From a virus: a stretch of 64,000 nt of DNA. Positions 34,717-44,019 of the stretch are shown here, one piece after another. The stretch covers positions 1 through 64,000 of IMG/VR virus record IMGVR_UViG_3300046373_000039; one strand, 5' to 3'. The position numbers and the translations under genes are program-made. The notes under the pieces are model-generated. The model worked only from the letters and a program-made list of their open reading frames with translations. It was not told the origin of the DNA and ran no database searches. Position 1 is the stretch's first letter; each line of letters opens with the position of its first letter.

Positions 34717-34926
34717 ATGAAAGGTCCATTGATCGACATTGCAGCCACGCTCTTCTTCTTAGCCACAGTAATGCTAGGTGGTTATTTGTACTTGGACTGG
34801 AAGAAGTCTCAGATTGAAGGTGGTGTGAGTGTAATTGAACAGAAGCAACAAGTGATTAATAAGAGTCTGAAGGATTTGGAAAAGTCTTTCGAGAGTAGTG
34901 TTAAGACGACTAATTTGGAGGAATGA
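34717..34926 (+). CDS. Single-TM small protein
   Basis: GAGGAG RBS; N-terminal TM. Confidence 0.65.
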   Translation: MKGPLIDIAATLFFLATVMLGGYLYLDWKKSQIEGGVSVIEQKQQVINKSLKDLEKSFESSVKTTNLEE

Positions 34927-35059
34927 TGAAAGACCATGAATTCAGAGAACAAGTGAATGAACTTAAAGAGTTAGTACTGAAGTTCAAAGATACTCAACAG
35001 TTACGTAGTCGTTTAACTACATTCTTATCTGACTTTAAGAAGAAAGTGGAGGAAACAAA

Positions 35060-35434
35060 ATGAGTGTCGAGAGGATCAAAGAAGCTATTGAAGTCTACAA
35101 GAAAATGACTGCTGGCAATATCATGGAAGACGGTCGTCATCGTGCAGAATATTATGGTGTACAACTTCGTATTGCTCAAGCAGCTTATGACTTTAATGGC
35201 TATATTGTTACAGGAACACGACACTCTTGCCCTATTATGCAACTACAGATGATTGCTATTGGCAATGATGTGCTTGATGGGTGGTGTCATCCTAATGATA
35301 TGGTTCAAGGCTTCACTGATCAATATGGAACATTCTATAGCCGAAAAGATGCCTATGTAATTGCTAAAGCTGCCGGTCAACTAAATGATAGGCATGAATG
35401 GGGTGAAACACTTTACTCTGAAAGTTATATTTGA
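35060..35434 (+). CDS. Phage hypothetical protein
   Basis: GTRH...QGFTDQYGTFYSRKDAYVIA...LYSE pattern; GGAGG RBS. Confidence 0.75.
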   Translation: MSVERIKEAIEVYKKMTAGNIMEDGRHRAEYYGVQLRIAQAAYDFNGYIVTGTRHSCPIMQLQMIAIGNDVLDGWCHPNDMVQGFTDQYGTFYSRKDAYVIAKAAGQLNDRHEWGETLYSESYI

Positions 35435-35446
35435 CAAAATTTAGGC

Positions 35447-35481
35447 AAAATAAAGCCCCGCTATCCTTTCGGACGCGGGGC
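35447..35481 (-). terminator. Terminator at the convergence of the replication and late modules
   Basis: GCCCCGCGTCC-GAAA-GGATAGCGGGGC-TTTATTTT on minus strand. Confidence 0.8.
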
Positions 35482-35553
35482 AAAGTTCTGAGATAAGGTT
35501 AATGGCGTAACCTCAAATGTCTGCTAGGGCAGTACTTATTTTTATTCTTTCTC

Positions 35554-35913
35554 TCAAGGCACCGTAGTGTTGATTACTGCGTTTGAGTTATTGTTGTTAA
35601 TTATCTTAGGTGATAACTTATTCTGTTGCTCAAGCTTATCCATACGCTTTTCAAGAATGTACATTTTATTACTTGTACTCACCTGATAACTATCTTGAAT
35701 CTCAGCTAATGTATTAATCCTACCTTCGATATAGGTTACATTCTTTGATGTAACTTTCTGACTCTCTTGCCTAAACTCTTCTAGTTTTAAACTAAAAGCA
35801 TTCCTTTCATCCCCAGTTTTATTATTATTGAAAATTATAGTTATCATCAATATCAGTAGAACCAAGGTCATTAGATGAACAAATCTTTCTACAATCACCC
35901 AGACCATGTACAA
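35554..35913 (-). CDS. Membrane-anchored coiled-coil protein at the end of the lysis cassette
   Basis: N-terminal TM plus heptad region. Confidence 0.6.
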   Translation of the reverse strand: MYMVWVIVERFVHLMTLVLLILMITIIFNNNKTGDERNAFSLKLEEFRQESQKVTSKNVTYIEGRINTLAEIQDSYQVSTSNKMYILEKRMDKLEQQNKLSPKIINNNNSNAVINTTVP

Positions 35914-35918
35914 TCCCC

Positions 35919-36236
35919 TTATCGACCACTTTTAGCCTTATCAAAGTAAAACTGGAATTGTCTTAAAATGTCTTGTTGGTTACTATCAATCCTTTGAGCC
36001 AAACTTGAAAAGCCCGCATCCATCCTTGAATTGGTCCTCACTTCAAAATCCCGCATGTCGGACTTGCCTACCTTATCCATTTGAAGTAAGACAATCTTAT
36101 CATTAGCATCTTTAACTTCTTTAGAGATATTGTTATAACTAAAGAACATAATAGTTACAAATAAGGACAGGAGACCAAGGGTTGCCCTTTCCCATAAGTT
36201 ATTAATTCTTGAGTTAGCATCACTTGGGCTTGACAT
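35919..36236 (-). CDS. Single-TM protein in the lysis cassette
   Basis: GGAGG RBS before MSSPSD; TM at about residues 18-34. Confidence 0.65.
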   Translation of the reverse strand: MSSPSDANSRINNLWERATLGLLSLFVTIMFFSYNNISKEVKDANDKIVLLQMDKVGKSDMRDFEVRTNSRMDAGFSSLAQRIDSNQQDILRQFQFYFDKAKSGR

Positions 36237-36507
36237 TATAAAGAGCCTCCTGCGCTTTTTTGTTCTGTTTAATCTTATCCATTTGCTTTTGCCACATAGC
36301 AATACAGCCAGTGTTCTTGCTGTAGGCTACAGCCAAATCCATTACACTTTCACCTGACGGGCTTGCTTTGCAAGGATACACTAGGAGGCTGTCCGGTGGT
36401 CCCACATATACTGTCTTCGGGGCTTGCAATGCAGTAGGCTGAGTCGAGCAAGAGACGCAAATCAAGAGAAAGCAACTCAGAACCGTAAATTGTAGTAGTT
36501 TTCGCAT
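36220..36507 (-). CDS. Outer-membrane spanin (Rz1-like lipoprotein)
   Basis: Signal peptide and lipobox-like CVSC; Pro-rich; overlaps the i-spanin. Confidence 0.75.
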   Translation of the reverse strand: MRKLLQFTVLSCFLLICVSCSTQPTALQAPKTVYVGPPDSLLVYPCKASPSGESVMDLAVAYSKNTGCIAMWQKQMDKIKQNKKAQEALYNVKPK

Positions 36508-36835
36508 TTTTATTTGTCTCTGTATCGGAAGGTGCTATTGCAACTCCTGTCTTGAGTTTATTTATTTTAACAACTAGGTTATCAATCTTATCTCTAACCT
36601 CTTGTTTCTCGGCTAAGGATTCAACTACTGAGGTATCATCAATCTTACAAGAAGAATCCTTGAGTTCGGCGTCCTTTTGATACCCTACAATCGCATCATT
36701 AGCATCTTTAAGCTGAGCTACTGCCACAGCTCTGTCGCCGTACAATGAGTAAGAAAGATAGCCAAAGCCTGCTGTTGAAGCTAACAGAGCTAGGATGATA
36801 TAGGGAGTAGCGCCGGAAAATAAGTTACTGAACAT
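36350..36835 (-). CDS. Inner-membrane spanin (Rz-like)
   Basis: N-terminal TM then helical periplasmic region; follows holin. Confidence 0.7.
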   Translation of the reverse strand: MFSNLFSGATPYIILALLASTAGFGYLSYSLYGDRAVAVAQLKDANDAIVGYQKDAELKDSSCKIDDTSVVESLAEKQEVRDKIDNLVVKINKLKTGVAIAPSDTETNKNAKTTTIYGSELLSLDLRLLLDSAYCIASPEDSICGTTGQPPSVSLQSKPVR

Positions 36836-37166
36836 TTCCCTTATCCTCTTCTGGCTGCCACAACTTATGTTGTTTAATCATCCTGAAGACAGCCGCTGAT
36901 ACGTTGAGTACGAACATACATATGCCATACGCAGCTACAGACATTGTAGGTTCAAGTAGAGAGAAGAATGGAAGAATGATTTCAACCAAGGACAATAGAG
37001 CAGACGCTACGGTGGTCCAAAAGGAGTAAGTCTTGAGAACTTTCTTCCAGTTGGGAACTAAGGCTAGTTTAGTGGGAGTAGACGACAGAGTGGAAGTGAT
37101 TGTGGCTTCAACGGCTGTATCTTTTGTGATAGGTGTTACAGGATCTTCAACTTTTACATCTGTCAT
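36825..37166 (-). CDS. Holin
   Basis: LVPNWKKVLKTYS then two TMs and RMIKQ; next to endolysin. Confidence 0.7.
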   Translation of the reverse strand: MTDVKVEDPVTPITKDTAVEATITSTLSSTPTKLALVPNWKKVLKTYSFWTTVASALLSLVEIILPFFSLLEPTMSVAAYGICMFVLNVSAAVFRMIKQHKLWQPEEDKGNVQ

Positions 37167-37178
37167 TGTTATATCTGC

Positions 37179-37607
37179 CTAGGAGAGAAACAAATCTCTC
37201 TCTGCAATGCGTCTACGAGTTAGTCCAGCCAGAACTTTACCGCCAGCACGATTCCATCTTTCAAACTCTTTAGCTGCACCTGAATAATCCAGAGAGTTCA
37301 GTTTTCGCAGTAGAGTCGAGGATTTGAGATTACCTAAGCCAAGGTTGAAGCTAAAGCTAACTAAAGCATCAAATTGATTTTGATTTACTGGGACAGTAAC
37401 TAGATCACTTGCCCCTTTCTCAAACCTTGAAAGGTCACTTTTCAACAAAGATTCAGCTTGAGCTTCAGTGATGGTTTGTCCCATTGAAACATGTGAACCA
37501 GTGGAACCATATCCAATTGTAGTTACGCCAACAGAGTCTTTATAAGCTTTAAGAGATAATCCCTCAAAACTCTTAATAAGACTAATACCTTTTTGACTAA
37601 TATTCAT
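37179..37607 (-). CDS. Endolysin, GH24 lysozyme
   Basis: E-x8-D-x5-T triad (FEG...YKD...TIGYG); QNQFDALVSF; LAGLTRRR. Confidence 0.95.
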   Translation of the reverse strand: MNISQKGISLIKSFEGLSLKAYKDSVGVTTIGYGSTGSHVSMGQTITEAQAESLLKSDLSRFEKGASDLVTVPVNQNQFDALVSFSFNLGLGNLKSSTLLRKLNSLDYSGAAKEFERWNRAGGKVLAGLTRRRIAERDLFLS

Positions 37608-37620
37608 ATAAACCTCTTTA

Positions 37621-37692
37621 CTAAAAAGAAGCGACAGCCTTTACAGCTGCCTCCTCTACACCCAAGAGCTTTACAGCTTCTGAATAGTTCAT
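37621..37692 (-). pseudogene. 5' remnant of an N-acetylmuramidase (DUF3380-type) endolysin, 23 aa
   Basis: AGGT RBS; MNYSEAVKLLGVEEAAVKAVASF* resembles the LGVExAAxKAVAxVES start. Confidence 0.5.
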
Positions 37693-37702
37693 TTTATACC
37701 TA

Positions 37703-39961
37703 TTATGCTACATAAACAGCGTCAGTTATATTATTAACTGTGTTTGCTGTTGTGGAAGCATCTGGTGCAATAATAGAAAGTCCACTAGTCAAAATATTTC
37801 CCGACACCATACATTTAGCCGTAGCTGTCCCAATAGTTTGTATTGAAGCACCACTACCTGCCAAGAGGTTGGTGGAATTCCCAGTAAATCTAACACCAGT
37901 AGCATTGTTGACTTGAATTGATGGGCTTGCAAAAGCTGTTGTATTCCAAATGTCATTATTAGAAATTTTAGAGTTTGACAGACTACCAACCCCGCCAAGA
38001 TATATCGAGAAGCCAGTTACCTTTAAGGTATTGTCAAATATCTTGACCCTTTTCCAAGCAAGGTTGTTGTTCCCAACAATTCCAGAAGTTGATGAGATTG
38101 AGTTATCGCTAATCTCCAAACCATCCATAGCGACCGCATTACCGCTACCGAGGCTAATCCCATTATCCATACTTACAATATTATTACCGATAATCCTACA
38201 ACGAGCAACTTGCCAATCAATTCCTATACTACCGCCGCTAATACTGTTCCCAATAATCAGAGAAGGTTGCGTGCCAGTGTTAAGTTGGCTTCTAATACCA
38301 ATAGCATTTACAGATTGCATATTGATAATATTACTAGAAATAATGAACTGACCATCATGTGAAAATCCTGTAACAGAGCCCACAGAGACAGCTACTGTAA
38401 AAGAGCCTTGTAGGTTATTTCCAGAAACAATTATTTTATCTGTATGGCTGTTTAAGAATACCCCAAGTTGTTGTATACCAGTTACATTATTATCACAGAC
38501 ATTAATAGACACCCCGGCTAATACAGCACCAGGTGCTGGAAGTAGCGGATTACCGTTCAAGTCAACGTTTGAAGACTCAACCTTACAGAAGTGTAGAACG
38601 TTGTCTCCGGTATTACCCAGAATTGAACCACCCCTGCACCCTTGCGAAAAGTCAATGCAAAAACCACCTCCAAGGTTTTGGAAATTGTTATTAATAGCTC
38701 TCGGTCTATAACAGTTTGTTGCGACCATTCCATGAACTACTGTGCTTCTAACATCACAACCTTCCATCCATAAGTTGTACGATGTTTTGGAGCCAGTTGG
38801 ATCTAGTGCGTATTGTCTACCCCCCAAGAATCCTATAAGTTGCCCAGTCAAGATACAATCTTTTAGACCGACGTTATCTACGGAACCATCTGAGGAAGCA
38901 TCAACGATTATTGCTGAATACCCATTTACAAATGAAATTCCTGAAACCGTGATATTCTTACCGTTAATAACTCTGAAAAATGCTTGCGGTGTTCCTGTGC
39001 CACCCCATGTCAAGATTGAGCTTGCACCTTCGCCTGTTACATTCTGTCCTGTCACTAGCGTTGCTGCTGACGTTCTGTTCGGCTCTCTTCCACCTGGGTA
39101 AGATACTGTAGGTCCAATAGGAGCTACCTTGAAGTTACCAGAGGGAACGTGAAAAGGTAGACCAGTGTTTACAGCAGCCAAATAACCCGCCGTATCGTCT
39201 GTACCAGTTGTGCCGTTGTAATCGCCTTTACACCCAAATTGTCTTAAGGTTGGAGGAGATTGTTGGCACAGAACCAAGAACCCGCCATCAGTCATCGCAA
39301 TGACTGTACCACCATTTGCAGTTCCGGTTGTTTTTATGGTGTAAGATCCCCCACCACCATCACCAGCCAAATAGTAACCTAAGATAAATACGTTTTTAGA
39401 TGGACTATTTTTAGACAGTGCAATAGCTTCTGCAACATTTTGCACAACTTGAAATGACTTTGCTATAATTGGAGTCCCTGTAACAGCCAAATCATTTCTT
39501 AGGGCATCCGTATATGCTGCTGATTGAGAACTTGCGACATCTAATTCTGACTGCGATGCAAAGAACCCAACATCTTCAAATGCAGCAGTGCCTAAACCTG
39601 TGATGGTAGTCTCTACAGCGTCTAGTCTTGAATCAATCTGAGATACGTTATCAACCACTACCATGGTTGTACCGTTGAATTGATAAGTGACACCAGTAGC
39701 TCTTAGGGTAACTACAAACCACTTAGGTACAGGGGAAGAGTACCAAGTGTTTTTGACAGCAAAATAAAGTCTGTTGTCTGTTGTCAGAAAATAAGCTGTT
39801 CCATTTACAACAGCAGGGAGAGAACTTACGATACCGTCGATATTTCTATCAAACATAAAAGAGAATTTCAAAAGATTCTCATCCATGCCTGTATTCCAAC
39901 CACTCTCTCCATATTCCCAGCCGTATTTTCCTTCTAGGAAAGGTGAAGTTTGTTGTGACAT
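37703..39961 (-). CDS. Tail spike 2 (beta-helix, pectate-lyase-like depolymerase)
   Basis: FGCKGD...DDT motif; N/G/I-rich beta-helix repeats; N-terminus shared with 40033-42312. Confidence 0.85.
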   Translation of the reverse strand: MSQQTSPFLEGKYGWEYGESGWNTGMDENLLKFSFMFDRNIDGIVSSLPAVVNGTAYFLTTDNRLYFAVKNTWYSSPVPKWFVVTLRATGVTYQFNGTTMVVVDNVSQIDSRLDAVETTITGLGTAAFEDVGFFASQSELDVASSQSAAYTDALRNDLAVTGTPIIAKSFQVVQNVAEAIALSKNSPSKNVFILGYYLAGDGGGGSYTIKTTGTANGGTVIAMTDGGFLVLCQQSPPTLRQFGCKGDYNGTTGTDDTAGYLAAVNTGLPFHVPSGNFKVAPIGPTVSYPGGREPNRTSAATLVTGQNVTGEGASSILTWGGTGTPQAFFRVINGKNITVSGISFVNGYSAIIVDASSDGSVDNVGLKDCILTGQLIGFLGGRQYALDPTGSKTSYNLWMEGCDVRSTVVHGMVATNCYRPRAINNNFQNLGGGFCIDFSQGCRGGSILGNTGDNVLHFCKVESSNVDLNGNPLLPAPGAVLAGVSINVCDNNVTGIQQLGVFLNSHTDKIIVSGNNLQGSFTVAVSVGSVTGFSHDGQFIISSNIINMQSVNAIGIRSQLNTGTQPSLIIGNSISGGSIGIDWQVARCRIIGNNIVSMDNGISLGSGNAVAMDGLEISDNSISSTSGIVGNNNLAWKRVKIFDNTLKVTGFSIYLGGVGSLSNSKISNNDIWNTTAFASPSIQVNNATGVRFTGNSTNLLAGSGASIQTIGTATAKCMVSGNILTSGLSIIAPDASTTANTVNNITDAVYVA

Positions 39962-40032
39962 TTTATTGATTCCTTTATACGGACTAGCAAGATGTTATTA
40001 CTACAATTTTAGAATATATTGTCACTATTCAA

Positions 40033-42312
40033 CTATGCACTATATGATGCATTGATAATATTATTCGTATTAATAGTTCCCGCATTCGGGGTTCCTAAAA
40101 CAATAGGCCTATTGGATATATTGTTTGTGACTATGCAATTTGTAGTTGATGTTGATGTGGTTAAGAAGTTAAGACTTGAGGTGTTGGCATTCGATATATT
40201 TCCTACTACAGTGCAAGCAACTGGAGCCGGAAGTACTACGGCATCAAGTATTGGAGCTGTTGCATCTAGCCGATTATTATTAAATGTAAGCCTTGTAATA
40301 CTCGTAGGGGATGAACAGTAGAAAGCAGAAGAACTATAAGTAATTTGACTATTAACTACAGATATATTTTTAACTGCTGACGTCCCGGCAAAATTTATAC
40401 CAACACCTGCTGAAATAATATTTACCCCGGAAATAGATAAACTGGCCGTACCGCCTGTTGTATCCAACACCACGCCATTTGTCGCAGCCTTTATGAATCC
40501 ACCAGATATTGATACACCGTTACGTGCTACCCAAATACCATGTACCACATTCATAATACTATTATCAGAAAATATGTGAGGAGATGCACCATTTGTCATG
40601 GTGTCATAAATACCACCATTGGATGTACCTGCAATACCCGTCAGAATATTATCCGATATAATAACAGAACCTGCTGCTGAACTCGCGTAAGCCTGACCTA
40701 TAAGAATACCATTGAACACAAATTTGGAGAGTACGTTACCTGTTACGGTAATGTTATCAGCTGCGGTATTTAGAAGTATACCATTCTGAGAAATAGTATC
40801 AACAACATTACCAATTACACTAACTTTATAAGAAGAGAACAATGCCTCATTAGATCCTGAAACATCTGAAGACTCTACTTTACAGAAATACTGACAGTTG
40901 GTTGCTGTGTTGGATGAAATGACACAACCTCTTGTACCCTGAGACATGTCAATACACATTCCCTGAGTTACATCTTTAAAGTTATTACCAATTGCTTCTG
41001 CATTATATGTATTTGTAAATACGATAGAGTGGCTGCCACCTGGAGCCTTAAAGTTGCAATTTATAACTCTAATGTTTTCTGAATATTTGGAGCTTGGGTC
41101 AATTGCAAGCTGCCTACCACCAATAATATCAATCAGGTTATTTACAGTCGTGCAGTTCTCAACAACAACATTCTTAACTGATCCATCTGTGAGCGGATCG
41201 ACTATAAGAAGTGCAAAGGCATCTCTAGCAAACAAGTCCTTTATGCACACATCTGTGGCGTTTTGTATCTTAAAGAAACATTGTGGTAGTGTGCCAACAG
41301 GGCTTTTGCTTGTACCCCATTTTAGTTGAGATAACACACCATCTCCACGCACTGTTTGTCCGGTTGAAAGAACACAAGCTGAGGTACGATTACCCTCATT
41401 GACATATGGAGAAGGGAAAACAATAGTTGTTGTTAGAGGAGAAAATATCCACGTCCCAGAAGGTATGTAAACATTTTTACCTGTAGCTACAGCAGCAAGG
41501 ATAGCTGAGGTATCTATAGACTCATTGGCAGTATTACCATTACCTACACCACCAAACATATACGGAGTAACTTCGGCTTCTGTGTTTACCCTGTTAAATC
41601 TTCCAACCCCTGTTACCGCTGTTGGTTTGAACCATATACCGTTATCGTCTACATTAGTTGCTGTGGGCTTCCATGTTAAAAATCCATTACCTTTACCAGT
41701 ACCAGAAGTATGCTCTAGAAGGTAATAAACTGTTCTAGTGGTGGTAGGTGCAGTCAAGGATCTTAACTCTGCAACTGTAGCAACAACTTTAATAGAGTTG
41801 CCAACAATAAAAGCTCCCGAATCCGTAGAAAGCGATGCCAAGACCGCCCGCAGCGTATCTGTATAAGTATTAGCTTGTGAAGATACAACATCTAATTGAG
41901 CAGGGCTGGCAAAATCAGATATATTTTTAGTCGCAGCACTGCCAAGAGTAGAGAGGGTTAACTCAATTGCATTTAATCTTGTAGATACTTGAGCAGGAGT
42001 ATTAATAGTGGAAGCAGCTACCCCATTAAAAATATAGTTTTGACCTGTACTCCTAATGGTGAAAATAGCCCATTTGGGAGTTGGTGAAGAGTAGTATGTG
42101 TTGTTTACAGCAAAATACAGTCTATTATCCGTTGTGTTGAAGTAGGCTGTGCCATTTACAACAGCTGGTAACGTACTCACTATAGAGTCAACATTTCTAT
42201 CGAACATGAAAGAAAACTTTAATAAATTTTCGTCCATTCCATCATTCCAACCACTTTCACCATAGGACCAACCATACTTACCCTCTAAGAATGGGGAGGT
42301 TTGTTGAGCCAT
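40033..42312 (-). CDS. Tail spike 1 (beta-helix depolymerase)
   Basis: TPYMFGGVGNG...DTSAI...VYIPSG; beta-helix repeats. Confidence 0.85.
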   Translation of the reverse strand: MAQQTSPFLEGKYGWSYGESGWNDGMDENLLKFSFMFDRNVDSIVSTLPAVVNGTAYFNTTDNRLYFAVNNTYYSSPTPKWAIFTIRSTGQNYIFNGVAASTINTPAQVSTRLNAIELTLSTLGSAATKNISDFASPAQLDVVSSQANTYTDTLRAVLASLSTDSGAFIVGNSIKVVATVAELRSLTAPTTTRTVYYLLEHTSGTGKGNGFLTWKPTATNVDDNGIWFKPTAVTGVGRFNRVNTEAEVTPYMFGGVGNGNTANESIDTSAILAAVATGKNVYIPSGTWIFSPLTTTIVFPSPYVNEGNRTSACVLSTGQTVRGDGVLSQLKWGTSKSPVGTLPQCFFKIQNATDVCIKDLFARDAFALLIVDPLTDGSVKNVVVENCTTVNNLIDIIGGRQLAIDPSSKYSENIRVINCNFKAPGGSHSIVFTNTYNAEAIGNNFKDVTQGMCIDMSQGTRGCVISSNTATNCQYFCKVESSDVSGSNEALFSSYKVSVIGNVVDTISQNGILLNTAADNITVTGNVLSKFVFNGILIGQAYASSAAGSVIISDNILTGIAGTSNGGIYDTMTNGASPHIFSDNSIMNVVHGIWVARNGVSISGGFIKAATNGVVLDTTGGTASLSISGVNIISAGVGINFAGTSAVKNISVVNSQITYSSSAFYCSSPTSITRLTFNNNRLDATAPILDAVVLPAPVACTVVGNISNANTSSLNFLTTSTSTTNCIVTNNISNRPIVLGTPNAGTINTNNIINASYSA

Positions 42313-42314
42313 TA

Positions 42315-43190
42315 TTAGTTACCTCGTGCGTACCAATAAGCTAGAGCGTTAACACCACTTGCATTTCTGTTATCAAGACGCATACTACTATTATTTAATA
42401 GTGTTACGCCAATGGTAACTGCACTTGTGGCAGCAGCTGTAGAAATAAGAGTAGTTTGGATGTTAAAGACATTATTAGGAAAAGGCATGGGAAAAGTTAC
42501 GACCAAACTTCCGCCTGGAACAATGTTAGCAGTTGTCCCCCACATTTCTATTAGTCCACCGGGACTTATTTGATAGCCATTGACAGCCAGCAGTTGATTA
42601 GAACCTTGATAAGCTTGTGCCATTCTCAGCGGGCTAATCAGTACAGTATTACTTGTAAACGCCTGAGCCTGAGCAGTAGAAGCGACTGTAGTCTTTCCAT
42701 CAACCTCAGTTTTGGTATAGGTTTGTGCTTGGGAGTATACAGACAGGTTTGTACGAGCGGTTGCAGTATTAGTTAAATCAGAAAGGTTAGCTGATTTTTG
42801 TAAATATCTCGCATCACTTTGGGTTTGTGTGTAAAAGTCTGCAACGTTTGCAAAAGCAATTTCCCAATAAGTATCAGTCGTATCTGTAACAGGGTTCTGG
42901 TTGATGCTTACTTGTTTTGCACGATAAATAGTACCGTCAGAGCCCATGCAAATTGACTTAGTACCTGTACTGGACCACTGGTATTCTGTGGTGTTGTCCC
43001 ATACAGCAATACCGTGCTGATTGATGTGGGCAATAGCTTGGTCTTGTTTCCAGTCAATGTAATTAAAGTACTGCCTTGGTGGAATCTCAACCTGCCAGCC
43101 TGTAGCAACTTTAGAGTCAGAGGGAGCCAAGACATCACCAGCAGATGCCCAAATTTTGTTAATGTCTAGCGGCTTGGTGATTTCAGCCAT
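42315..43190 (-). CDS. Tail fiber / baseplate-attached fiber protein
   Basis: WASAGD...GW..EIPPRQYFN; NLSDLTNTATARTNL; GYQISPGGLIEMWG...FPMPFPN. Confidence 0.8.
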   Translation of the reverse strand: MAEITKPLDINKIWASAGDVLAPSDSKVATGWQVEIPPRQYFNYIDWKQDQAIAHINQHGIAVWDNTTEYQWSSTGTKSICMGSDGTIYRAKQVSINQNPVTDTTDTYWEIAFANVADFYTQTQSDARYLQKSANLSDLTNTATARTNLSVYSQAQTYTKTEVDGKTTVASTAQAQAFTSNTVLISPLRMAQAYQGSNQLLAVNGYQISPGGLIEMWGTTANIVPGGSLVVTFPMPFPNNVFNIQTTLISTAAATSAVTIGVTLLNNSSMRLDNRNASGVNALAYWYARGN

Positions 43191-43208
43191 GTCTATATTT
43201 TCCTTTAC

Positions 43209-44009
43209 TTAAATTTGATAGAGTGAGGCAAAGTACCCACCACTCACTGTTGCATAATCGCTGTCACCATAATGGAGGCCGTAACCGAGACCATACCCAT
43301 ATGTGCCTGTGAATTCTCCAAAACCTTTAGCTCCGGGTACTCCATCAAAACCAAAGAAGTTGTCTCCATCATACTCACCAAAGTTTATCCTGACACCAAC
43401 TGTCTTTGGAATAAGTCTTGATGGATAACCCGGTTCATTACTGATGTAGAAGAGGAGCGCTCTTTCAAAGTCAGTTAAGGTTCTAGATAACAATACAGTA
43501 ATAGAGGCGTCTCCCTCTTCCGTTAATACTGTTGTATCAGTCCCGAAAACAAGGTTGAGTACAGCTAGAAATTCTTCTGGTGTCGATGACGTGGTGTTTT
43601 TAAAGATCTTAGCTTTAATGAAGAGTCTGTAGGTAGCGTCATCTAGTTCGATATTACCACCAAGGGGTTTACCAAAATCGTAAAACATCCCACCTACAGA
43701 TGGGTTGCCAACTTCACCAAAACTTGATGCTTTGATAGCTCCCTGAAACCCAAAGAAATCATAGAAGTCAGCATTGAGTAAAATACGTTCTTGACCAACA
43801 ATCCTACCAATCACATCGAGTTGAGCACCAGTAGCAGTATCAAGGCTTCTAAGCTGCATCAAATCTTTGAATACTTTTTGTATTTCTACTTGAGCGTTGA
43901 TAAGGAGTTGAAGATATTTATCAAAAACTTCCTTTCCTACGAACTGCTCCGTCACTCGTTCACGAGCTTCAGAAAGATAATCGATTTCTTCAAAAGGCGT
44001 GATAGCCAT
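43209..44009 (-). CDS. Baseplate protein (DUF2612-like)
   Basis: LDTATGAQLDVIGRIVG; LDDATYRLFIKAKI. Confidence 0.8.
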   Translation of the reverse strand: MAITPFEEIDYLSEARERVTEQFVGKEVFDKYLQLLINAQVEIQKVFKDLMQLRSLDTATGAQLDVIGRIVGQERILLNADFYDFFGFQGAIKASSFGEVGNPSVGGMFYDFGKPLGGNIELDDATYRLFIKAKIFKNTTSSTPEEFLAVLNLVFGTDTTVLTEEGDASITVLLSRTLTDFERALLFYISNEPGYPSRLIPKTVGVRINFGEYDGDNFFGFDGVPGAKGFGEFTGTYGYGLGYGLHYGDSDYATVSGGYFASLYQI

Positions 44010-44019
44010 ATATCACTCC

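Noticed and set aside
15003-35242. Minus-strand and alternate-frame ORFs inside the replication genes
   Set aside because: They overlap well-supported genes and show no independent signals.
37622-37655. Terminator-like hairpin upstream of the endolysin
   Set aside because: Pairing is weak and the sequence is better explained as the muramidase coding stub.
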